A stretch of 37,879 nucleotides of DNA from a virus (lineage: Duplodnaviria; Caudoviricetes), in IMG/VR virus record IMGVR_UViG_3300029183_000014, positions 1-37,879 of that record. One strand, 5' to 3'. This document shows positions 9,267-16,963 of the stretch, piece by piece (position 1 is the stretch's first letter; every line of letters begins with the position of its first letter). The notes under the pieces are model-generated. The model worked only from the letters and a program-made list of their open reading frames with translations, did no database searches and was not told the origin of the DNA. The translations under genes and the position numbers were made by a program.

Positions 9267-9293
9267 TTCAGGCTACATCTGTATGGAAATTAC

Positions 9294-9998
9294 ATGGCAT
9301 ACGATTACTTAGGTTTAACAAATAGAGTACTGAGAGCTTTAAATGAAGTAGAGCTTACTTCTGGTACTTTTACTTCAGCTACTGGTTTTCATTCAGATGT
9401 AAAAGATGCTGTTAATATGGCAATTAGGGACGTTTACCAAGAAGAAGATGGTGAATGGCCTTTTGCATATGAGGCACAAGAACAAGCTCTTACTGTTCCA
9501 ACTTCCCAACCATTTATTACTGAATATGCTTTAGATACTGATATTGCTAAAGTAGATTGGGAAACATTTTATATTGAGAGGGATGATACTTTAGATCCTA
9601 CTCAAGATGCTGTGCGTCTTCCTTTTATGGATTATGATGCATGGGCAAAGGAACGTAGAGATGAAGATTTAAATAAAGCAACTACAGATTTTGGTGTTCC
9701 TAATCGTGTAGTAAGGCTTCTTAATAACAAATGGACTGTTAGCCCTGTTCCTGATCAAGCATACACAATTAAGTTTAATGCTTTTACTTATCCTACAGAT
9801 CTTTCTGGCTCTACTGATGTTCCTTCAATTCCTGAAGCATACGAACAAGTAATTGTAGATAAAGCACTGCATTATGCTTATATGTTTAGAGATAACATGG
9901 AACAAGCTAATATTGCTAATAAAAGATATGAAAATGGTGTTAATAGAATGCGTAGGCAGTTAATACCGTTACCATTTTACATGAGGTTTAGTTTCTAA
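9294..9998 (+). CDS. Head-tail adaptor (tail tubular protein A-like)
   Basis: ATG 9294; 'YLGLTNRVLRALNEV', 'WPF', 'PVPDQAY' adaptor-like motifs; position. Confidence 0.75.
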   Translation: MAYDYLGLTNRVLRALNEVELTSGTFTSATGFHSDVKDAVNMAIRDVYQEEDGEWPFAYEAQEQALTVPTSQPFITEYALDTDIAKVDWETFYIERDDTLDPTQDAVRLPFMDYDAWAKERRDEDLNKATTDFGVPNRVVRLLNNKWTVSPVPDQAYTIKFNAFTYPTDLSGSTDVPSIPEAYEQVIVDKALHYAYMFRDNMEQANIANKRYENGVNRMRRQLIPLPFYMRFSF

Positions 9999-11521
9999 TG
10001 GATAGATGGGAATCACAGATAATTATTTGTGATGGTGGTTTAGATCTTTCTGTTGATGCTTTAACTCAGGGAACTCAACTACCCGGTAGTGCTCGTGTGT
10101 TGCAAAATTATGAAGCAGCACTTGAGGGGGGCTATAGACGTATTAGTGGGTTTACTAAGGTAGATTCTAATACTGTTACAGGTGATTCTAATGCTCCTAT
10201 TTTAGCTTGTTTTGCTTCTGGTGGTGGAGGATTCTATGCTGTTCGAGTTAATAGCGGAGATTATCAAGTACATGAAAGTACTGGAAGTGGATGGTCACAA
10301 GTAAGTTCTACAGCAAGGAATGGTGCTGTTACTAAAGCTAGGTTTATTGAATATTCTCTTAATGAAAGAGTTATTCTTCTTACTGATGGTGCAAATCCTG
10401 CATGGAAGTATAACTTTTCTAGTGAAACTACTATTAATGGTACTGGTGCTCCTACAGATCCTACATTTGCAGCATTTTGGAAAAATAGACTTTGTTTAAT
10501 TGAAGATGATCAACTTTACTTAAGTGCTCCAAATGATGACACAGTGTTTTCTGGAAGTGGTGCTATTCAAATTAATGTTGGTGATCAAACAGTAGGGCTT
10601 AAAACATTTCGTGATCAGCTTTACGTATTTTGTGAAAACAGAATTTATAAGTTAGTAGGTAACACCTCACTAGATTTTGTGTTACAGCCTGTTACTGAGT
10701 CTATAGGTTGTATTGATGGAGATACTATTCAAGAAGTTGGTGGTGATCTTATTTTCTTAGCTCCAGATGGTTTAAGATCTATTGCAGGAACTGAAAATAT
10801 TGGTGATGTAGATATTGCATTATTATCTCGTAAGATTCAGCCTCTTGTTAGAGATCTATTAAACAGAACAACTATTACTACTTATTCTTCACTTCCTGTT
10901 AGAAAGAAAAGTCAATATAGACTTCTAATTAATGATTCTAGTATTAATGGAGAAGTAGCAGAAGGATTTATTGGTAAAATTGATAACGCTCTTCAAGGCG
11001 GATTAGAATACCAATGGTCTACTACTTCAGGTATACATGCTTATAGTGCTGCATCTAATTATGATAATGGGGTTGAAGTAGCATTGTTTGGTCATCCTAC
11101 TGATGGTTATGTATATCAGTTAGAAAGTGGAAATGACTTTGATAGTACTAATATTCAAGCAGTTTATACGGCTCCTCAACTTACTTTTGAAGATGCTACG
11201 TTACGTAAAGTCTTGCAAAAAGCTACTGTATACACTCAAGCAGAAGGTGATTCAGAAATTCAGTTAGCAGTTAGGTTTGATTTTGAAGATCCTGATGTTC
11301 AACAACCTGCTTCTGTAACTTTAGATACTTCTGGATCGTTTAGTAAATATGGAACTGCTGTATATGGTACAGATGCTTATAGTGGAGTAGAGTTTCCAGT
11401 ATTTAAAAAGAATTTAATTGGTGGTGGATTTACTGCCGCATTTAGATATTCATCTGATGGTGGAGCACCACATCGTATTGATAGTTATCAAATAGAATTT
11501 GCTAAAAAAGGTAGACGTTAA
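9998..11521 (+). CDS. Tail nozzle / stabilisation protein (tubular B, P22 gp10-like)
   Basis: 507 aa beta-propeller-like; 'GGYRRISGF', 'IGCI..DTIQEVGGDLIFLAPDGLR'. Confidence 0.75.
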   Translation: MDRWESQIIICDGGLDLSVDALTQGTQLPGSARVLQNYEAALEGGYRRISGFTKVDSNTVTGDSNAPILACFASGGGGFYAVRVNSGDYQVHESTGSGWSQVSSTARNGAVTKARFIEYSLNERVILLTDGANPAWKYNFSSETTINGTGAPTDPTFAAFWKNRLCLIEDDQLYLSAPNDDTVFSGSGAIQINVGDQTVGLKTFRDQLYVFCENRIYKLVGNTSLDFVLQPVTESIGCIDGDTIQEVGGDLIFLAPDGLRSIAGTENIGDVDIALLSRKIQPLVRDLLNRTTITTYSSLPVRKKSQYRLLINDSSINGEVAEGFIGKIDNALQGGLEYQWSTTSGIHAYSAASNYDNGVEVALFGHPTDGYVYQLESGNDFDSTNIQAVYTAPQLTFEDATLRKVLQKATVYTQAEGDSEIQLAVRFDFEDPDVQQPASVTLDTSGSFSKYGTAVYGTDAYSGVEFPVFKKNLIGGGFTAAFRYSSDGGAPHRIDSYQIEFAKKGRR

Positions 11522-12513
11522 TGGCAGGTTATACCAGACAAGAAGCAGCAAACATTGTAACTTCGGCTACAATCCAAGCTTCTCACTTTAATAACGAATT
11601 TAATCAAGTACAATCTGCATTTAATGCTAGTACTGGGCATACTCATGCTGGTGGTACTGGAGAAGGTGCTCCTATTCCTGTAGCAGGATTAGCTTTTAAG
11701 GATGCTAATGATAGCTTTTTAATGGCTGCTTCTGGTACTATTACAAGTGGTGCTGAAGATGCTGTAATGATTGGTGGACAGGCTGCTAGTACAATTGGTG
11801 TTAATGCTGATTCTGCTGTTGTTATTGGCGGATCTGCTGCTCATACTGTAAACGTAGTTAATGGTGTTGCAATTGGCGGTGGACTTGTAACTATTAACAC
11901 TAATACTGGTGGATTTGGTTATAGTTGTAACGGTGCTACGATCACTGCATTCTATGGTGGCTCTTTAGGTGGAACTTCTAATATAGTTTCTGGTACTTAT
12001 GCTATTTCTGCTGGTGGTGATACAAATACTGCTTCTGGTGTAAATTCTATAACTTTAGCAGGTAAAGAAGCAGTAGCTTCTCAAAGAGGGCAAGTAGCTC
12101 ATGCTACAGGTAAATTTTCAGCTAATGGTGATGCACAGACTTCTCAATATATTATGAGAAATCAAACTACTAATGGTACTACTACTTCATTATATTTAGA
12201 TGGTGTTGGAGATAGACTTAACATTGCAAATGATACTGCATGGATGTTTGAAATCAAAATTGTAGCTAGACGTACAGATGCTGATGGTGAATCGGCTGGT
12301 TATATTATGAGAGGAGTTATTAATAACGATTCTAATATTACATCTCTAGTTGGGAGCTTAACAGAAGAGTATGCTAATGAAGATACTTCCACTTGGGCTG
12401 TAAATGCGGTTGCAGATGATGCTAATGATGCTTTAGATATTCAAGTTACCGGAGAAGCTTCTAAGACTATTAATTGGGTGGCATTTGTCAGAACTGTAGA
12501 GGTTACAGGATAA
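11521..12513 (+). CDS. Short tail fibre protein
   Basis: N-terminal 'MAGYTRQ...FNNEFNQV...GHTH' anchor followed by GG/small-residue repeats. Confidence 0.7.
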   Translation: MAGYTRQEAANIVTSATIQASHFNNEFNQVQSAFNASTGHTHAGGTGEGAPIPVAGLAFKDANDSFLMAASGTITSGAEDAVMIGGQAASTIGVNADSAVVIGGSAAHTVNVVNGVAIGGGLVTINTNTGGFGYSCNGATITAFYGGSLGGTSNIVSGTYAISAGGDTNTASGVNSITLAGKEAVASQRGQVAHATGKFSANGDAQTSQYIMRNQTTNGTTTSLYLDGVGDRLNIANDTAWMFEIKIVARRTDADGESAGYIMRGVINNDSNITSLVGSLTEEYANEDTSTWAVNAVADDANDALDIQVTGEASKTINWVAFVRTVEVTG

Positions 12514-12521
12514 GTGAGTGT

Positions 12522-13067
12522 ATGGATGGACTTAGTAACAAACAACGAGCAGCGGCATGGTTAGCGGCGTGGAATCCGAGCTTCGCAGGGAAAGCGATAG
12601 TTACAAAGGACTTCCGTTTTACGGCGGTGAACGATCAGTTTTGCGATTTACTTGGTGTGACCCCCGGAGATGTACTGAACAACAAGTTTACGGATATAAC
12701 CCCGGAACCCTTAAAGTCTTTAGACGCGAAGAATGCAATGCTAGTGATAAACGGCGAGAGCGAAGGTTATCTGATAAACAAGACTTACAGATTCGAGACA
12801 GTTCACGGAGTAAAAGAAGTACCAATTCGTCTGCTAGTAGTGGGGGTATTCAACGAGGAGAACAAATTCGATTTCTTCATAAAGAGGATAGTTCTACAGG
12901 AAGAATTAGCTATTCCAGAGCAGGAATCACAGTCCCAAGAGGGGTTGACGTTATTGGCGAAACTACGCCAGAATTGGCACGTAATAACCACGTTTGTAGG
13001 CGTGGCTTCATGGATTTTATACGAGGTAGCAAAGAAGCTACAAGAAGGAAATGCCTTCTACCAGTAA
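12522..13067 (+). CDS. PAS-domain protein with a C-terminal transmembrane helix
   Basis: 'AIVTKDFRFTAVNDQFCDLLGVTPGDVLNNKFTDITP...INGESEGYLINKTY' matches the PAS S-box pattern; hydrophobic 'WHVITTFVGVASWILY'. Confidence 0.8.
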   Translation: MDGLSNKQRAAAWLAAWNPSFAGKAIVTKDFRFTAVNDQFCDLLGVTPGDVLNNKFTDITPEPLKSLDAKNAMLVINGESEGYLINKTYRFETVHGVKEVPIRLLVVGVFNEENKFDFFIKRIVLQEELAIPEQESQSQEGLTLLAKLRQNWHVITTFVGVASWILYEVAKKLQEGNAFYQ

Positions 13068-13183
13068 TGGCATTCTTATTGCTAGTATTGTTTTCAGTAT
13101 CTAGTTGTACATACCCAAAATGCTTTTCCCTTCTACATTTATCCTTAGAAGAATTAACTAACATAAAAATACATGTAACGTAA
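12557..13183 (+). CDS. Possible overlapping ORF (208 aa), or only its 38-aa tail 13067-13183 with a lipobox-like 'MAFLLLVLFSVSSC'
   Basis: Frame open across the whole PAS gene, ends 1 nt before the next ATG; the tail starts at a TAATG overlap. Confidence 0.35.
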   Translation: MVSGVESELRRESDSYKGLPFYGGERSVLRFTWCDPRRCTEQQVYGYNPGTLKVFRREECNASDKRRERRLSDKQDLQIRDSSRSKRSTNSSASSGGIQRGEQIRFLHKEDSSTGRISYSRAGITVPRGVDVIGETTPELARNNHVCRRGFMDFIRGSKEATRRKCLLPVMAFLLLVLFSVSSCTYPKCFSLLHLSLEELTNIKIHVT

Positions 13184-13184
13184 T

Positions 13185-14780
13185 ATGGCAAATACAAGAA
13201 CACAACAAGAAGTAGAGAATTTTTTAAGGCCATATGGCTTCACTGGTGCTGCACAGGGAGGTAGAGCACAGGCATTCATTAATGCTAATCCTCATATCCA
13301 AAACTCGTGGGCTAGTTATTCTACAGCCCCTTCTGTATCTCCTAGTCCTGCTCCTGCACCTGCTCCAGCCCCGGCTCCCGCACCTGCACCAACTCCTACT
13401 GCTACTCCGACTCCAACTTTAAGTCAAAAGCAAGTAGAAGATTTTTTACGTCCTTATGGATTTCAAGGGCCAGCTACAGGCGGTAGAGCACAAACATTTA
13501 TTGATCATACTCCTGCTGTGCAAAATGCATGGCAACAGTTTTCTACAACTGGTGGTGTAGTACAGCCTCCATTACCACAAGAGAGTATTCAAGACTATTT
13601 AGAAAGAATTATTCAGAATCCAGAATTAGCAAATAATGCTGAACTGATTCCTATATTACAGAAACTACAAAGCGGTGAACTTCTGACTGGTGAAGGAGCA
13701 CAGCTTCCAGATCGTCCTGATATTCAAGGATTAGAGAATATCCAGTTACCTACTATTGATCCTGTTACTGGACAGGCTACAATGATTAATTTAGGTGATA
13801 TTTTAGGACAAATCAATCAACAAGCTGGACAAGTTACAGGCACAACTACAGATGACATGGGTGGTGTACCTCAAGCTACTGCTCAACAAGGTGTAGTAAG
13901 CCCTGAATCTACAGTACAAGGACAGTTAGCTAGTCTTTATGCTGGATTTGATGGAACAGACATTCCGCAATGGGCGCAAGGTGCTGTTACCAAAGCTGAA
14001 GAAGTTATGGCTGCTAGAGGATTAGGTTCGTCTAGTCTTGCTGGTGTAGCTATTGCTGAAGCTATCCAACAGTCTGCACTTCCTATTGCTGCTCAAGATG
14101 CTGGAACTTATTTCCAGATGGATATGGCAAACCTTAATAACAGGCAAGCTACAGAATTAGAGAATGTTCGTCTAAGACAACAAGGGCTACTTACAGATAT
14201 AAGCATTAAAAATGCTGCTGATCAGTTTAATGCTGCTAATTCACAGCAGATGGAACAGTTTGTAGGATCTCTTGTATCTGGCATTAAAACTCAAAATGCG
14301 CAACTTGCTCAAAACATGGAGCAGTTTAATGCAGCAGAACATAACAAATTAGCTGCTACTGGACAAGGTAATACGCTACAAGCAGAGCTTTATAATAAAC
14401 AGCAACAGTTTGCTTTAGAGAAATTTAACAGTGAATTAGGATTCCAAAGAGACTTGTTTAATAGTCAACTTCAATTTGCTATTGATCAATCTAATGTTCT
14501 TTGGAGGCGGTCTATTAATACTGCAAATACGGCTTCTGCTAATGCTGCAAATCAGTCTAATGTTTTAAATAGCTTTAACTTATCTCAAGTTGCTCTTAAT
14601 AACCTATGGCAACAGTGGAGAGATGAAGCTTCATGGGCTTTTAGTGCTGCTGAGAATGCTGCTGATAGAGACTTTAATCTTGTAATGGCTGCTAATAACA
14701 GAAACTTTATTGATGATCAAAATAACGATATATCTTGGGGTTCGTTACTTGGTTCTTTTGTAGGAGGATTATTTAGCTAA
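13185..14780 (+). CDS. Internal virion / ejection protein
   Basis: 531 aa, Q/N/A-rich; 'TVQGQL..L...P.WA.GA', 'ARGLGSSS', 'QFNA' repeats. Confidence 0.7.
   Translation: MANTRTQQEVENFLRPYGFTGAAQGGRAQAFINANPHIQNSWASYSTAPSVSPSPAPAPAPAPAPAPAPTPTATPTPTLSQKQVEDFLRPYGFQGPATGGRAQTFIDHTPAVQNAWQQFSTTGGVVQPPLPQESIQDYLERIIQNPELANNAELIPILQKLQSGELLTGEGAQLPDRPDIQGLENIQLPTIDPVTGQATMINLGDILGQINQQAGQVTGTTTDDMGGVPQATAQQGVVSPESTVQGQLASLYAGFDGTDIPQWAQGAVTKAEEVMAARGLGSSSLAGVAIAEAIQQSALPIAAQDAGTYFQMDMANLNNRQATELENVRLRQQGLLTDISIKNAADQFNAANSQQMEQFVGSLVSGIKTQNAQLAQNMEQFNAAEHNKLAATGQGNTLQAELYNKQQQFALEKFNSELGFQRDLFNSQLQFAIDQSNVLWRRSINTANTASANAANQSNVLNSFNLSQVALNNLWQQWRDEASWAFSAAENAADRDFNLVMAANNRNFIDDQNNDISWGSLLGSFVGGLFS
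13203..13532 (+). repeat. Two 36-codon repeats (13203-13310, 13425-13532) separated by a (PA)n(PT)n linker
   Basis: 23/36 aa identical by hand alignment (FLRPYGF..G..GGRAQ.FI...P..QN.W). Confidence 0.9.
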
Positions 14781-14829
14781 CATGTTACAAATTACAAATT
14801 TGGAACTATAGTTTTAAAAGGTTTAAAAC

Positions 14830-15246
14830 ATGACAGATTTTTTTGGTGGATTATTTGATGATATTGCAGAAGGTGTAAACTCTGTAGGTGATTTCTTTGA
14901 TGAAGTTATTTATGACGATTCCCCAACAGTATGGAATGAAAAGCTTCCAGAAAAGAGTAGGGAATTATCTTCTATTGGTAAAGGTTTTGTAGGTATCGCT
15001 GATTCGTTAGCTGCACAAGATCAGAATAAAATGGGATTACCCGGTATTCAATCAGGATTTGTAAATACTAGTCCTTCGCGTGGATCTGCTGCTAGTGTTA
15101 AAGCAGCTTCTAGTGTCAACTTTGATCAGATGGAACAAGCTTGGTATTACAGAATGAATAGATTCGCTGGATTGCAAGGTATAGGTGAAAGAATGAAGGT
15201 AGCTGGCCCAAGTGTTAAGAAATCTTCTTCAGGTAGGTATGTGTAA
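14830..15246 (+). CDS. Hypothetical protein (virion module)
   Basis: 138 aa, TAATG-coupled to the next gene. Confidence 0.7.
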   Translation: MTDFFGGLFDDIAEGVNSVGDFFDEVIYDDSPTVWNEKLPEKSRELSSIGKGFVGIADSLAAQDQNKMGLPGIQSGFVNTSPSRGSAASVKAASSVNFDQMEQAWYYRMNRFAGLQGIGERMKVAGPSVKKSSSGRYV

Positions 15247-15719
15247 TGAAACAGTTTTCGGCTCCAATTCCCGGTGAATCTTTAACTAAGCCTCAAGGTG
15301 GTGCTGGCTATGAACAGCCTCCTCAATTTACAGATGCTTTTGAAGCTTCTGATCATGTTATGGATATAGTTACTAAACGTGATAAAGCTCCTAAGCTAGA
15401 AGCTCTTATTAGGTCTGGTGCTCCATTAGAAGCTATTACTAGATCTATCATTTTTAAAGGCTTTGTAGATGGTAAATGGTCTGTAGATACAGGAATGCTT
15501 ATGGCTAAGCCTGTAATGGCTGGTATTGGTGCATTCGCTAAGCGTAAGGGAATTTCTGATAAAGAGATTGTGATGTGGAATAACAGAACTAGTAATGATC
15601 GTTATTTCTCTCAGTTTGTAGATTTAGCTAAAGAAACAAAACCAGAACTACCAGTAGATGAAGGTGTTCTACAAGAACCAGTAAAAAAAGAACCTAAAGG
15701 TTTGTTAGGAAAGCTATAA
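15246..15719 (+). CDS. Hypothetical virion-module protein
   Basis: 'APIPGESLT...EQPPQF', 'GKWSVD' motifs; coupled on both sides. Confidence 0.75.
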   Translation: MKQFSAPIPGESLTKPQGGAGYEQPPQFTDAFEASDHVMDIVTKRDKAPKLEALIRSGAPLEAITRSIIFKGFVDGKWSVDTGMLMAKPVMAGIGAFAKRKGISDKEIVMWNNRTSNDRYFSQFVDLAKETKPELPVDEGVLQEPVKKEPKGLLGKL

Positions 15720-16963
15720 TGGGATTTTTTAAAGATTTTGCAGTTGGTGCTACAAGAGCTTATGGTGAAGGTCTAAAGCGAAAGCAAGAAAAGCAAGATA
15801 GAATTGATGAAATGAGAGCTAAGAGAATGAATGAAATTTCTCTTCAAGAGCATTTACATCGTTTAAAAGCAGAACAAAAAATGAAAGATCAATTATCGGC
15901 TGCTGCTGGATTAGAGAAGTCTGATCCTAGAGTTGCTGAGTTAGTAAGATCTGGTTTAAGTCCTAAAGATGCTTTTGCTGCTGTTGCTAAGGAACGTGAA
16001 GCAGACTTAAGGCAACAAGGACAATGGGGTGCTAATACTTCAATTAATATTGGTGCTGGTGGTACTGATTTAAGTGGAGGAGCTACTGATCCATTTAGCC
16101 AGTTAGAACAAGATATAAATCCTGATCAAGGTGGTTCCCAAGTTACTCCTGCTGAAATCTTTGATCCTAATGGAGAATATGAAAACTTAGATGAAACTCT
16201 AGCTTTAACTCCAGAAGGAATGGAAGTTGAAGGATTAGCTTTGTACAACCAAGCTCAGAACTGGAGTCAAGATTCTGGTGAAGCTGTACCTGTAATTATG
16301 CCTAGTAAGCCTACTATAAATGATTATCAGAAGGTACACTTATACTATGAGAATCTTTATAATGACTTAAACCAAATTAGTGAATTAGCTAACAGTGGGA
16401 TTTTAGGTACTCCTAGTATGGCTAGAGAGCAAGTAGCAAGACTTGCAGATGCTTTTGGTTTACCTGCTGAAACAGATTTATTATCTTTAAGACAAGAATT
16501 ACGTACTAGATCTCAGTTAGTACTTGGCCCAATTGCTGTAATTGCTGCTGGTGGTGATAAGCGTATTAATAAAACTGAGATGGAAAATGCTATGAAAGCG
16601 TTTCCTAAGATCAAAAAGGCATTTGAAGAAGAAGGTCTAATTGAAAGTCCTACTGAAATCATGGCTGGTATTGAGACTATGAAGGAAATCGCTTTAAAAC
16701 GTTATATTGAATCTGGTAAAATTTTATCTCAAAGCAATGTAGCTGCTGGTTTCTCTAAAGTAAGAGACAAAGCTATGAATGTAGATCCACAACCTACACA
16801 ATCTATAGCAGATACGAATCAACGTCCTGCTCCTCAAACAGAGCAATATTATCAAGATGATTACGCGGTGCAATTAAAACAGCAAGTATTGGATAAAAAA
16901 ATCACTCCAGAACAAGCTGAAGCACTATACGAACAGTATTTACAAGAACAAGGTACTCAGTAA
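15719..16963 (+). CDS. Putative internal virion protein
   Basis: 414 aa helical; position in the ejection-protein cluster. Confidence 0.6.
   Translation: MGFFKDFAVGATRAYGEGLKRKQEKQDRIDEMRAKRMNEISLQEHLHRLKAEQKMKDQLSAAAGLEKSDPRVAELVRSGLSPKDAFAAVAKEREADLRQQGQWGANTSINIGAGGTDLSGGATDPFSQLEQDINPDQGGSQVTPAEIFDPNGEYENLDETLALTPEGMEVEGLALYNQAQNWSQDSGEAVPVIMPSKPTINDYQKVHLYYENLYNDLNQISELANSGILGTPSMAREQVARLADAFGLPAETDLLSLRQELRTRSQLVLGPIAVIAAGGDKRINKTEMENAMKAFPKIKKAFEEEGLIESPTEIMAGIETMKEIALKRYIESGKILSQSNVAAGFSKVRDKAMNVDPQPTQSIADTNQRPAPQTEQYYQDDYAVQLKQQVLDKKITPEQAEALYEQYLQEQGTQ

Noticed and set aside
9246-9293. ORF-track N-terminal extension of the adaptor gene
   Set aside because: The TTG start runs through the UUCG hairpin; ATG 9294 matches the expected N-terminus
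12474-12521. CxxC-containing N-terminus (MGGICQNC) on the PAS protein
   Set aside because: It comes from a TTG inside the tail-fibre gene; ATG 12522 after the fibre stop is more plausible
13326-13418. Short tandem DNA repeats resembling a VNTR or CRISPR
   Set aside because: Degenerate codons of a Pro-Ala/Pro-Thr linker; no repeat-spacer structure was seen anywhere in the window
14785-14812. Possible sigma70 promoter TTACAA-N16-TATAGT with a TTACAAA duplication
   Set aside because: Weak -35 in AT-rich DNA, not repeated elsewhere; cannot be supported
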